Below, piece after piece: positions 27,301 through 42,100 of a stretch of DNA of 64,000 bases. Source of the stretch: Balanoglossus misakiensis (lineage: Eukaryota; Animalia; Hemichordata); the NCBI GenBank assembly GCA_040954595.2, contig CM082578.2, positions 11,415,166-11,479,165 on the forward strand, read 5' to 3'. Every line of letters starts with the position of its first letter. Positions within the stretch are counted from its first letter, which is position 1. The position numbers were made by a program, and so were the translations under genes. The notes beneath the pieces are model-generated. The model saw only the letters and a list, made by a program, of their open reading frames with translations, was not told the origin of the DNA and searched no databases.

Positions 27301-30300
27301 GAGACGAACAAAAAATATCCGTGTCTCTGAAGGTCTCCCCCAGTAAAGCTATCCTTGGAGCGCTTATAAAATTTATTTTGCGGCAAAGAAGCGCCAGATT
27401 ACACAGAAACAGCGTAGGGTCGATTCTTGGAAAAAGTAATGTATGTATTTATTATTACTCCGGAGTGTCCGGCTAAATAAATTGAAGTGGCGCGCAAATG
27501 CAAAAAAAAGAAGATGAAGCAAAGTTGCTCATTTGCTTCAGCCAATACCAAGGCCCTTGTTGGTTTAACCACTAATAATTAAACAATTAGCAACCCTAAT
27601 TTTCATTTTTGTCTTCGCCTTGGCGCTTGGTTTCAAGACATCACGGGAAAGTTCAGTGTGGCAGTATAGGTGAGCAAGTGAGCGTTTGTTTGTCGAAGGC
27701 GGTTTCCATGGCGAAAATGAAATTAACTTTACCCTCCTGCGATTTTCTCTTGGCGCTTAGTCGCATTTGCCCCTTTTAAACCGCGTATCCTCAATAACCC
27801 TAAGTAATAGCACTGGGATCGAATTCTCCCAGGTATGGGGGTATAGCTTAATCTAAATTAGAGCTCACTTTCTGAATATTGTCTGTTTGTTTCCATTGAT
27901 CGGATAAATTGAAAGGCCTTGGTGGAGTAGTTCAAATGATCCACCGAAACATGTTTGTTGGCTCATTTCGTCTGTTCGCCTTTCTTTCTGCATCAACACT
28001 ATTTGCGTAGCGGATTCAACGCAGGGGCTGTTAAATGCGCGCACCGTACTGGTTTTTATTTAAAGTGACAATGCAACAAAGAAATATTTTACACCGGGCA
28101 ATTAGCAAACACAGAAGTCAGGGCGACATCGGCGATGTACATGCACCTGCACTGCGGAGCTGCAGACTTGACAATTCAGCGAAGAAGTGGAAAATCTACT
28201 TTGACGCGCTGCAATTATAGCGCGTTAGAACAAGCGACTCTTACTTCACGATGTATATTTCATTATACGGCGAGAGGGAACTTTGTAAGCTTTTTTTTTC
28301 TTTCTGCCCGCACTTTGTTAATCATTACTCGCCACTATAGGGAGGCATGTTCTTTAGTTTTCACTGGGTTCCAAGTGTAACGTGCCTATTAGTTGAGACA
28401 AAACACGTGCACCTGCAAAAACCAGGGTGTGTTGCCATTCCATAATGCCCCATTTTGGTAAGGTCGAGGTGGAACTTCCAGCTCTTTGTGCGCTATACGG
28501 GTGCGGGAAACTTGTTTCCCCCCCTTTTCAGATTAACGTAGTTGTAAATGGGCAACGCTTGCAGCTTGTGTACCGACCGAACCACTTGGAGCGACGTGCT
28601 CGTGTGTGCCGGACCAAAGTGTGCGGCGGGGCGGATCCCGGTGCGGCCGAGAGACGTATACCCCAAGAACGAGAGCTCAAGCCTTGCATCTCCATTGCGG
28701 CAATTTGGTCTGTGTGCGCCTTTGTTAAAAGAATGACGCCTCGGGGAATATAAATAAAGAAAACTATAAAAAATCAAAATAATTACACATACAGAAACCA
28801 TCAATCATAATTGTATCTTGTCCTTCTTAATGTATTTTACATTGGCCAAATCATTGGAGAGCAGAGCGCGCCGGGATCTTACAAATGCGGCATACATTTC
28901 AATGTACCAAGCTCTCATCGAAGTTTACTCTATTGTTTTATCCAAAGCATTCGACATTGAAGAGTCCATCGTCTTTGGTGGCAAAATTTCCATCAACAAA
29001 AATTTTTCATATCGGACGGCCGGAGCGACGCAGTCGTCCGCGAAAATGGAGATGAATTGATTAAAAATGGCGACGCTTGAAAATCAATCGGGTTGCAAAC
29101 GCCACAAATTAATTCTCCAAAACAAAAAAGAAGTAACAAACCAAAAGTTTTTAGTTTTGACTCCAGCAAATCAATCCGACGAGCGTATTATCGTCGAATT
29201 TTTCTGTTGTGGTTGTCCCGTAAGAACGGAATTGTTAATTTCAAATCAAATTAATTTTCTTGAAAGAAAACATGAGGCCTTTGAGTCCTGTTCCTACACC
29301 TGTTTTATTGAAAATGTCGTAAATACCAGGCGTATAAATGTGCAAAGTTAACAGCGTTTTTAGGACAAAGATTTTGGGAGAAACCCGAATGTTTTCTTCA
29401 GATTCGCAATCAGCTGTTTGACTATCCGACTGCGTGAACTATTAAAAGAAAGAAAGAAAAAAACTCGTTCGGTGAAATACGTGTTTATGAAACGAACATG
29501 CCCGTACCCAGTGCGCAGGCTTTACAAACGCCGTGGTGGTTTGCTACCAAGGGAGAATTGGTCGGTTTCTGGTCGCATGGAAAGATAAGAACACTAACGA
29601 CACGTCGGGGACTCTCCACCAAGGAACTGAAATAAAAAAAAGGTGTAACACGGCCTGTTCAATCGTCTTGCTTGGCTTAATGCAATTATAAATGACGTGT
29701 TTGTCAAAGTATTCATTGGATATGGGGGATTCAAGTATCTCGATCAGGTCATTGGGATAGAACGATTCCCAACCGACAACTCAAGTTCTTCAACATGGGC
29801 GAGGGCCAGACTTTACCGTTTTCATAAACCATGGCAAAAGTTTCGTTCACTGTCGACTATTGCTTTCACTTATTCATCCCCTGCTGAACATAAGATTTTT
29901 TAAAAATATCTATTATAGAGCAGGTTACTTACCTTTTAATCAGGCGCGTCACATTTGGAATCAATAATTAATGTGGTTGATTCCACTATCAAATTGCTGT
30001 TTGTTGATATTTTTTTGTATCAAAGGAAAGTAAAAAGCAACGGGTATTTTATTCGAGTGGATCTCTGTTTTTTTCCTCTTTGCGTTTTTTTTTAATTTTA
30101 TTTTTTGACGCAGTTGCACGGTCACTGTGCCCCGTGTCTGGCCCTACGCAAAGCAGGAGGCCTAACACAGCTTCGCCGAGGTGGTGGCAATTATTCGAAT
30201 AATTTGCCTTGTTTTTCTCTTCCTGAATTTGTCGCGTGTTCCCCTTTAGCACGCCTCAAAGGGGGGAGCCGGCCGGACTGGTCTTTCTAATTCGCGCCCG

Positions 30301-33300
30301 GGTCCCTGCAGGCAGCAGCTGCCGCCGAGCTCTAAGCGCCAGGCAGTTGAGTATGTGAAGTTTGGCGTGAAACTTGGAAATCACCCTAGCGTCGATCTAC
30401 TCATCTCAAAAGGAGAAAGCGTGAAATTATTAATAAATTGGATCATTATATCGAGCAGCTATGAAATTTTAACCGAATTATGGCGCGCGGTCGCCACTGC
30501 CACCATGTGTCCCCGAAATAGTAAAAAACACACGCTTCTCTATCGCCCTATATTGTCTGCACTTAACAGCCTCGGTGTTTTTTTTTCAAGAGAGACGTGA
30601 GCAAAGTTGTCCAACGCGTAATGTTCCAGTACAAACCCACTTTATTAGAGACATATTCTACTATATTAAGTCAGAAAAACATGGTTAATTTCCAAAGAAT
30701 AGGTGAACCGTTGTGTTGCTCCGGGCTGTCATGTCGCATCTTCTTGCCTGAGTGGAGACCGACCGATGCTGCATCTCACTCCGTTGTGTAGTCCTCGCAG
30801 TACTGTCCGCTTCCCTCGTTATCTCGTTAAATATTCTAAATCAAATTTTCAAGTTGCATTGAAGAGTTAACTAAATGACGTAAACAATTGCGTCATTTTT
30901 CTCTCGACAAAATGCGACCACTTTTAAGTAACGAAGTTAAGCAGTCAGCCACGTACGCGGCCGCGCCTCGCACTCATTGACGGCCCCGGCTGCCATGCGC
31001 AGACAGGGCTAACTTGCCGCGTTCGTCCGTCGGACTCAGTGTCAGTTTGAGGCTTATTATCAACGCGAAAGGTGGATTAAAATCCCCAAATAACAGCATA
31101 TATAATATAATAATTTTCAAATCTAATTTTCAAAATTTGATAAATGACACAGTATTTTAACGATTTCAGTGAATCTAAATATTTTAAGAAAATATTTATA
31201 TATTTAGTGCACGGCGCACATCAGCCCAGTTTGACTGAACTGTTTTATTGTCGCGCTGATGACGTATCAACACCAAACGCTATCTCTCGACCAATGACCG
31301 CGGTGGATATTCCGTTGCTATGGTGAAATGGATATAATAATTATTGCTATAGTTGTCTATCGTACCACCCGCGAAATTGTGGGGAGGCATCATTTTGGCG
31401 GTTTGGTTCTGGAAGAGAATGACGCGGACTTCAAAAATAATGACGCACATTTAAAAGCGTGTTGAAATGCCGGCTTGAAAAGTGAAGAAAAGTAGACGGG
31501 AATTGAAATCAACTTTTATGATGTGTAGCTGCTGTCAGCCACTTATGGAACGGCCTGACGTCACTCGAGTACCGCTTATATTTCAGCATATTATGCGGTC
31601 TCCGAAGCAGGTCTCGAAACAATAAGTATGGTACAGACAGCGTGCGTTGTCCACCCAGTAGCGAACACCACCCTGCAAAAGGTGAACGCTCACAATGTTT
31701 ATCACAATTTCCAGGAAAAAATACGAGTCGGAAAGATTTTAATTATCAGCGTTCCCGAGGAGAAAACGAGTAATCCCAAACGTGAAGGGTGACTCGCACG
31801 AAAGTTCGAAATGCCACATGCAAAGTCACGTGACGTCAAAGCGAGTAATTTGGAGCACTCACTGTGCGGTTTCCCCCTGGGGTCCGCTGATTGAAACTGG
31901 GCGTCATCGTAACAAGTGAAGAAGGTAGATATTCCTACAGGAGTTGGGAGAATTTGTCCTAAATGAGGTTTAACAAGCGCGTAAGACACCGACGACTGAG
32001 CTAAACAGGTCAGGACGGCACACAAACGCGCGCGCGCTTTACTGAAAAGGTTGCCTCCCCACTAAATGGCGATAGCTTGGCGCGTCGGCAAGCCCTTAGC
32101 TAAACATGCCAATGCAGCAACTTCGTGGTCTAGAGGAGAACAGCAAACAGAGTCTCTTGAAAATTGTTACATGCAGACGATGATCTGATGCACCTGTAGT
32201 AGTCGTGTCATAATTACAAAGCATTTACGTAAACGAAAAAAATACCAATTCTATGCAAGATCGAATCAAAATACTGGACATAGCGAACTGTCATAAAAAA
32301 ATTGTACATAATAAGTATCAGCGAAACAATCCGTTAATTTTTTTTAATTGTGTGAATAAATAGTGAATGTGGAGAAAGCTATAAGCTGGTGACATTCTTA
32401 TTGTGAATCGAGGCGTCCTGTCGACTGTTTATTTTGTAAACTTCTACACCAGTAAGCTTTTGTCTAGCTATGGGAGTGTTGGACAGAGACACTTGGTATA
32501 CCCACGTCAAAATAACAGACAAAAAAAACAAACTTAAATTAGCCGTAAAAGACCGATACAATTACTTTGGATTACGGGAGTAGAGTTTGCCTTTCCGCCT
32601 GACGACACAGTTCGATTGACTGCGACACTAACGAAACTGGTCGGCGGCAGTTTCAGCTGTAATAGTTTTTGGCAGACGCTGGCAAAATAATGACGCAAAG
32701 AAACAGAAATGGCGCGGGTTACCGTCGCTTGAATAAGCGCGCAGCAGTTTCGCCGACTACTAAGGCGATCGTGTCCACCCGAACGGAAAACTACAGATAA
32801 TAGTCGTGTAAAGTATGCAGTGATGATCTTCTTCCAGAACCTCTTTACTCTAATATTAATGTTCTTACACCGCCGAGGGAAAACCCTATATGCACATGGA
32901 AAAAAATTAACCAGCGTGCAATTTATGAAAATGAACGGTTCAACCAGCGCGTTGCAGAGGGTTGTTGATTCCCCGCTTCAAGTCCACTTCGTTCATAGAG
33001 TGACACGGAACGATATGCAAGTGAAAGAAACAAAGAAGCATCTTTACTCAAATGCCGAGAACCAAGGCGTCGAAAAGATCATTCTGTGATGCTTGAAGGG
33101 TAACCGAGAGCGATAAATAATGTATGTAAGGTTAATAACTGAAGGCCATTACACGGCATACTCAAAAAGGTGTGGAGCCAACTTAACATAGTCACACTTG
33201 TGTTCAACTCGACATGCTTTTCAAGTGAAGTGCCCTTTAATGTGTAAACCGTGCAATGTGTCCCCGACCTTAACAGAACACCTCTTTGCGGCTGAAGATC

Positions 33301-36108
33301 GGGGGTTCATCCAGCAAGCGCTGAAGAACAGTCGCAAATCGATGCGCGGACAGAGCCTCTAAAATCTCTTAGTTCCAAAGTAAAGGGAAGACCCCCAAAT
33401 GGCCCAACCGGAACGGCCTAGTATCCATCTAGACAAGAGTTTTTTTGGAAGGTGAAGCGAAAATCGAACTGTTTGCACCGCATTGGGATAAATAGTGGCA
33501 AAGTGACACTCACTTTAGTGTTTATCAGTTTGAAATGCAATAAATAAAGTTTGTGCTCTCGTAAATGAGAAGATCGCCCTCTGCCTCCAATACCGGGCCT
33601 CGCCGCGAAAAAAAAATATAGCCACTAAAAGCTCCAATCAACCGTCAACTCTACCGGTATATAAATGAAAATGAAATCGTCCGAGGCGTGGTGTGTTTGC
33701 TAAAGAATATTGGACAACGAAAAAATGGATTATTTTAATTATGTGGTGTATGAGTATAGAGATATCAAATAACTTGGTAAATAACATATGCGTCAGCAAA
33801 TTCTTGACCGAGGGGCGCCGTATGTACAGTTGATTAAGTGTTGTAAGGGGTTCTTCGGAGAACTTTGTGTCTTTAGTAATAATTACATCTCGAGATGAAT
33901 ACTCCATTACTCGGATTAGCTGTAGAAGGCGCGTTGCTTGACACAGTTCAGCTGCCGTCTCAGAGATTATATCCTTCTAATTGACAGCGCTAATTGACTT
34001 GTCTCCTCTATTTTTGACCTAAATTAGGCCGGGGTATTAAAATATTCTATAGAATCGACAGTAATCCTTTGAAATTCAAGGTTAGTATCCCCTCAGTGCG
34101 CGGCCTTTGCTTCAAACCCACGGCGCGCGCGCGGTCACCAGTTGCTCGATCTTTTGTTGTGATGGGCGCAGTTTCTGCACAGGTGACGCGTGGGAGATAC
34201 AAGTCAACATCTTTCCTGTCACACTTCGAAGGAGGCATCCGGCCGTGCCGTTGAACTTGCCCTTCGGCGTTATCTAAGGTGCGCTGCTTGAACATAACGT
34301 GTATGAGGACAAAGTATTTGTGAAATGGTTAATATCTTGTAAAATATAATTTCCATTTAAGAGTTTGATAAAGCGTGTATTTGCATAAAAATTTGCTTTA
34401 CGATCAAGACAGACGATTTTGCCGCTGTAGGGTCAGGAATGATCAATCTCTTTCGTGCGTGTTAAATATCAATGGTATGATTCTATGTACAGGCGACAGC
34501 AGCCACAGACGCCCAGAGACTACAGTCACTTTTAATATAAAATATATACTAGCTACATATGGTTCTTATTTCGTTCGGCAGCCAAGCGTTACGGTTAAAT
34601 GCATGAGAAACGACTGTCTGTGATGCATCGCGTCAGCTCTGCCAAGTGATCACATGGATGACTCAGTGTGGACAGACTTCATTATTTCACGGCGCATCCT
34701 GGCTGCCGGGCATCGGTGAACAATCAGCCCCGAGGACGGAACGGGAGGAGTCCGCGGGGCCATGGAAACTTTCAATCCGCGGCGCAAATGAATCGGCTCC
34801 GGAAGAGACCGGGGCGAAGTTGTCCTCCTGGCGTGTTATGCTCGGGCGACTCCTGGTTTTTCAGCGCTTGCTCCGGTGCGTGCAGTGCTGGGACAGTGCG
34901 GGCGCCGCGCCGCTTCGAAAGAGAAAATACACACACACGCAAAAGGCCTACCGCTTGTGTGCGCACCGTATTATGATATTATCAAAACACGGGTTTTTAA
35001 TACCACGGCGACAGACCCCGTTTCTCCCTAAACGTGCATAAATATTTAGGCAGTCTTCGCGCTACACATACATTCCCGGCTTGCTGTCACGCCCATTCTG
35101 AACAAAGTGGCCTCAATATTGGATACCGCGATTCAAAGACAGGTAAAGAAGTCGGTCGCATTCACCTCGCGACTTCCTGTCATGATGCTTGTGGAGAAAA
35201 ATGAAATAATTCGTCTTATTATGGCGATTCACATACCTGTTAACTGCCCAGAGCTGTTTGTTTTTGGATATAATGTTTTGTTTGGTTTTTCAAACTTGCG
35301 CACACACAGCAGTCCTCTGTTATAACACCTGCTAAGTATAAAACGTGACGGCGGCGTTCGTCTGTAGTTTCATTCCAAATTTAACAGCCACTATAAACAA
35401 AAGTAATATATTCAAATTTCATAGTGTCGACCACGTGCATCGAATTCATATGTTCCATAAAATTTGCACAATTGGCTGTCTTTCGTGCGAGGGACAAATT
35501 TTCGAGACAATAACAGGTCTATTCTCTGATCTTGACTCAGTTACGCACCATATCGCCGAAAGGGGTCGCATCCATCACGTATAGATAGAATAAGGCAAAT
35601 AATCATTGGATTTCATAAGTTCCTTCCAGCCAAATCTCGTTAGAATATGAAAATGCAATTAAGCAGAAGCAAAGGGTTATACAATGTGCTGAATTTTGTG
35701 TTGAGAAGTTTTATAACTTTGAAATATTTCTTCCCAAATTGACGCCCAATTGTCGCTGATCCGCTTCGCAGCGCAGCACATAGGGAAAAGGTATGATCAA
35801 TCACAAAACTGAACACTGTCAAGTTCAGTATCGGGGCACGACAACGCCCACCTTCGGATTGGTGCGCGGTGCTCTTCAATTGTCAGCCCAGTGGACCGTG
35901 CTAATTAATACTACTGGCTATTCTTGAAGTTTAAAGGCCGTTCCCCCCTGCGCACCGCCGGTTAGACTCTGGATCCCGCCGCTGTGTGAAAGACCCAAGC
36001 TATTGTGACAGCCCCCGCACAAAGCAAAGCCATGGGGCATTGAGACAAAATGAAACTGTCCCCTTTTATTTGAAGAGACAAAACTTGTCAAACAGGTCAA
36101 TACATGGC

Positions 36109-36111
<3 letters not shown>

Positions 36112-36142
<31 letters not shown>
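36112..36142. repeat. (GA)n microsatellite
   Basis: Perfect GA run of about 15 units. Confidence 0.97.
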
Positions 36143-36147
<5 letters not shown>

Positions 36148-39100
36148 TGGGGGATTGTATTGTCTCATGAAGAAGAAGCTCTTTGGCGAGTTCTTCTGGC
36201 GAGTTTCCGCTTTGGTAGTTGTTATTACTCATAGTAAATTGTCGGGAAATTTAACACATTTTCTGGTTTTGAAGCACCACTGAAGTAGTCGCTTGAAAGG
36301 AGAGGGGGAAACAAGAGCAAGTGGGGGCTAGCTCGCGAGTTTCTGCTATTAGGCATGGGCGTTATAGCGGTGGCGCCCATTACCAAAGTTTAGAAGATAC
36401 GATCTGACAGCAGGACTTCTGAGCTTTTTACATTTGCCATGATCAGAATGTCAATGTAGAGACACTAAGTGAGTCGGCAGTATGCAAACACGCCCTTCAT
36501 TGGAAACAATCAAGTTATTGCCACGTTGCTGTTTGGTGCATGCCACTTCTGCAGTCCAATGCATGTAATATGGATTTTCTGTACATAAACCACATTTGCG
36601 TGTTCCTATCAGATCGGATCAGATCAGATTTCTCCTCCATTAATATTGTCAGCCCATCTGAAAATCTATCCCCGCTTTAAAAAATTGAAAGATGTCTCAG
36701 GAATGATAGAAGTGTTCATTTTTTCTGACCTACAAGCTTTTAGCTTCGCAAACATAGAATGGCATATTTATTGCGTTTTGCGTAAGGAGCCAAGGGTCGT
36801 TCTGTCGTTCGTGGAAATGGTGTTGGCGTTGGAGGGTAAGGTCAAGGAGAGATCAGCTTTCTGTCTTCATGGCATCAATGGTTGTTGCGCTAGGGTCAAG
36901 TGGGCGAATCGACCGACTTCTCGTACGCCATTCATATCGAACACATTTGCAAGGCAACACGGCGGGGAGGCTGATTAAGAATGGGCTTGAACTGGAGTGG
37001 TACTACATACAGTGCGAGAAAAATTTGTACTACCGTGGCGGTATATATTGAATAGAGAAACGGGATAAAATGAACATATGCACGATCAAAAGTCGGAAAG
37101 AATACATGCGATTAGTCATTGAACATTTATGATAATGGTGATGAGGATGAGGATGAGGATGAATATGAGAACGAATGTGGGGGTCATCAATATTTTCATC
37201 AGCCTCAACATTGATGATGATGGAGTTTCCTCCGACATTTTCTTTTCATTCTTGGGTTGTTTTTATCACGGCCCCTGCATTTCAAGGGCGGGAAATGATT
37301 TGAATTGGGCTATGTGGACGGTGGGGTCGCTCTTCCTTTGGATGTTGTAGCATTGGGCGCCTGAAACTGCAAGCGCCGGATCTGTCTCACGAGTTGTTGA
37401 TCGGGATCACACAGTTATGCTGTTATTTGAAAATTCAACAAACGTGTTGTTCATCAAGATGGTCGAAACGACGATCGTGTCGACAAGAATATGAAATTAT
37501 CATCATAAAATCAATTAATAATGTTGATGCGATTAATAATTTCGCGGAATTTTGATAAGGGAGATATGAAGATGAATCGATGGATTCGTTGAAGTGTGGT
37601 AGCTAATAACCTCAAAAGATTCCATCAACAACTTAATGAGATGACGTTCCGATAAAATAATTCAGAAAAAATAAAGATAACATTTTCCAGTGGGAGACCG
37701 CGCAAGCTGAGACAACTGTTTCTAAACTGATGATGTAATGTAACATGCTGTATCGGTTTCGTCATGGTTACTATATCCCCGGCGACGGTCGTCACATTTT
37801 GTGTCGTGCGGCGGCATTGGCCGCGCTCTCTCTCTCTGTCGGTAAACACTAGTATACCACGCGGCGAGCCTGTAGTTTGCATCCCTAACCACATAATTAA
37901 TAATTAATTTCCAAAACGTTTTTTTCCTTGTGTGTGTTATTCCTGGGCAGCTGTGTTGCTCACAGGTGGGGGATTTGGTGACCGTCTTGCAAATACACGT
38001 GCGATCAACGCAATGTGTTGGATGACACTCTGTTCTCGATTAGGCGATCGCGGGTCACGACTGTTGTCTGTTGCAAACTCAACTTTGACAGTATGTGGCT
38101 TCATGGTTTAAACACTGTACTATTTTACAATATGGAGTAAACCGTGGAAATTGAAAATAGCGCTTACTACACCTTTCAAGTAAGTGCTAAACAGAAAATT
38201 ATACCAAGTTTTAATAATTATAGAGCTCGGTCAGTTACTTTTTCCTTAGTCAGCGTGCATCTACAAGTTGAATATCTAAATTCTAATTTAGACCTGTCTG
38301 TAGTCTAATAACATCACAGAGCAGTTCCAATTTGATTTTCAAACGGCCGATCAAGTATTTGCGACCTTAAACTGTTTATTTGATTGTTTTGACAAGTAAA
38401 TGCTAAACACGCTAATTTTAAGACTGGAGATTGCGCCGAGAATATCCTATTATAGGCAGACTGGCGGCACTCCACAAAGAAGTCGAAATCCTGTGTCTAC
38501 GCGAACAGCACCGTCTGGCTGAGAAGGGTTTTTTTAACTTAAGGCTGTACAAACTCAAGTAGGGTTTACTCAAAAGCGTGATCCAACAATCTTGCTTGTT
38601 TTCTGATTACTTGAGTCAACAGCGAAATAGCAACATTTTCTATAATAATCCAATCGCCAAACAATTGAGCAAATCGGAGGGGAATGCCAGCGCGGCTGGG
38701 CGGAGAATCGAACACGTTGGTTGGCTAAGCCGGCCAGTCCCCGCGAGGCATTAAAAGCGCATGTACGCGGTTCGTCGTATAAGGCAGTCGTATGCGCGTC
38801 CGGTAGCCCACATTAACCAAGCACGCTGTCGGGACTACACACACACGGCGAGAGACATAAAAAATACGCAAGCAGAAGTTATAAACGCCGTTCGATTGTC
38901 ATCTGCATCTGAGAAAAAAACACATCCATTTTATGAAGGTAAGACATACCGAAAATTTACATTTGCCTGACAGAGAGAGGATCTGATAGCGGCGAAGGTA
39001 TCAGGTATTTTGTCGTGATATATGTATTATTATGAGCGATAACGGTGATGTACAGCGTCCTAATGATACAAGCAACGTGATGCCATCTCTATCTACGTCA

Positions 39101-42100
39101 CGAAATCAACAATGAAATCTTCTAATCACCATTGTTTTTGTACCAACTACTCTCATCGTCTCGGGTCAGCCAATGAGCTAAGAGTCTCGGGTTTTTTATC
39201 CGTTGCTCTCATTTGAACACCTTCGCTATAAAATCTGTAATATCAGGTGCGAAAATATGAGTGATAGGCCTACGGGTCCTTGTGTCTCTTCGGCGCACGA
39301 TACAGTTGATCGGTCAGTCATATCCTTTTCGTCTCTTGTCGCGCAAAACTTAGAATTCCACAATGGTTCTGCTTTTTCTTATTTGTTGGTAGTTTTATGT
39401 ACAGAGAAGCATAAAAAATTACCTTGTACAGACTTTTAATCTTATTCAGTTAGCTCCTCATTTCGATCAGGAAATTTCTGTTCGGTCTTTTTTTAATTCA
39501 GATTCTATCCTGATGGCTCGGTCAGTTTGAGAACGCGGCGTCTTTTGATACCAGCAAGAATTCAATTATGATTGCTGTTTAACAGACCCACTAACAAAAT
39601 CTATAAAATTATCAATTGTATTCATGTTGTGATTGCAGGAAAATATCGTTTGTTAATTTTATTTCCGAAATGTACAATCTAACGAGGACCGAGTTCACAG
39701 TGCGGTTTGCTGGTGAAAATAATCTTATCTTGGGGGTTGATTATGTACGCAAACGCATCCTCTTCTAGTATGTATCAATATTCTAATCTTTGCATCGCTT
39801 GTCCACGTGGGGGTGTTCCCTACTTCGATTCTGTTTGATAAAGTTCAGTTTGTAAGATAGCTTGCTCATTGTAAACTGTGCCACAGTTATTGTAGAGAGC
39901 TCACAGCTCTGGAAACATTCGAGTTGGAGGTTTCTGTTTCAGTGGATGTTTTCTCAATCGGACAGCGCCATCTTGCGTCAAATCTCGGTTAACTCACTGG
40001 TTGTTTATCACGCACTGTCGTGTCGGCTCCATATACTTTTTTACATGTATTGTCATAAAGTGAAAAGCGTCAAAAATGACCTTAAGAAAATCATCTGTTA
40101 ATCCACCAAGTTGAAAGCACAGCTACGAATTTAGACATTTTACGTGATGTATTTTGAATTCATCTACACAACAGACTGATACTGATATCAAGCGGGACAG
40201 GGATAAATCTTTGCGAAACTTGAGAAAATAACACACAAGTCTGCGACGGTCCGTGACATTTTCGTTTCCAATCGAAAAAGTCAGAACGGTTCTGCGCAGT
40301 TAAATCATTGGTGCTGCACGCTGTAAGATGAACTGTTGATCCGAGTCGGAATATCGACGAGGCTCAGGTTTTTTCTTCGGGAAGGGTGATGTCCTCGTTC
40401 GATCAACGGGTAGATTCGATTATATCTCGTTATGAGTACGATATCAGGGATGGGATGATACGGCAACGTTTTCATGTAGACAGTCTTCAGTTTCAGAGAT
40501 CAACTCTGCGGATAATTGCGGTATCGCGAGAGAGATCTCGTTCGTCGTACAAAGCGTGAAGCAAGACACGGCGATAAAAGTCGAGTTCTGACCTCTTCTT
40601 ATATTGCTTACCGCTCCTTACACGATTTTTCATCCAGATATCGTGCTCATTTCATGATATCGCCCGACGCAATTGATGACGCGTGTCACTGCAAATAAGA
40701 TAATTCGAACTAATATTTGCCGGCGAAATGCAGTACATCCAGGAATGCGAGGTGCGTGACTGTCCGTTTCAAGTGCTGTGTGGGCGCGACACGAGTGTTC
40801 TCGGTGTCTCTGTGTCAATTTCGTTATCGGGTCCTCAGTGATCATTGATTAAACCCAAAACACCTCATAATTGTTACAATATTCCTGGGATGAGAGATAA
40901 ACTAATTCCGCTCGAGATAATACTGCGTGATGGGCCTGATCAACTGGGCGAGGCGAGGCGAGGCGTGGGGATTTACGGGTGTATGTGTCACCTGTTTTGA
41001 CATCTGTCGGTATGGGAAATGATTCCGCTCTTTGACACAGTCACACACCAGGTGTGTATGTGTACACGGTGGTCACGATGGGGGCAGAGACGCACAAACT
41101 TTGAATTTCTCGTGTTTACTTCGACTTGTAGCGACATCGACGCGATGGCAGGCTTGTTTGACTAGAGGGTTGTGCGTGTCAGGTAGTTGTGAGCACGGAT
41201 TCTGTTAAAAGTTGACGCGACTTCGCAACGCAACACTCGGCGCAAAAGTTCACACGCATGTGTATTTTGCAATATCTCAGGGAGTTGGTTATTTTGACTA
41301 TTAAGTCTTCTTGTGTAGTTTATTCAAGGGACACAATTTTTACAGCAATCTCATCCAATACAGGGTAAAGCGCTCGACAAAAGTGTATCAATTTCACCAA
41401 GAGGGGGCGCTATCACTGTACTTCTTATCCTTCAACCAAGGGACCCCCCCCCCCCTTCTCTATACTTACGGCTACTCATCTTTGTAACACCCCCGCTCCT
41501 CTTTCCCGCGAGGGTGCAAATCGGATCATCTGGCCCAGGTAATTAAGATTGCTATTAAATCGCATTTTAAAATCTTTTCGGATTAATTTTGCACAAGTCG
41601 CCCCAAGCGAAGCCATGTAAGAAAAAGAAAGGAATAATCCTCGCTAAAAAGTACCGTGGCCAGCGCAAGATGCATGTGCGTACACCTGTCGCCTCTGACA
41701 CCAGGCGTGTATAGTGTGGGCTGAAAACAAAATCGCAAAACCTAAAAACGTTTCAAAATATGATTTCGAAGACAAAGGTTTGATAAACGCGTACTTTTTG
41801 GGGGCATGGTAATTTATGCTGTATACTTGAGGGCTGGATTCATTGAATAAGACGGAGATTGGCAATGCTGTTGGCGCGGTGGCCTTTGTTTCGTTTCATT
41901 TCATTATACAGATTAAAATAGCCGATAGGAGTGCCTAAAACAAGTATTTTCTGATGAAGTTCTCATTGAAATGAATCTTTTCTCAAAGTGTCTATTTCAG
42001 CGTAAAATCTAACGCTGATTTTAATCATGGAAACGGTTTCCTAAGTGTGCGATTTTTTTTTCTGGGTTGTTTATTACGCGCGGACGGTTGGAAAACCGTT

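Noticed and set aside
41890-41980. Hammerhead-like CTGATGA...GAAA core
   Set aside because: Stem II is only about 3 weak pairs and stem I does not form.
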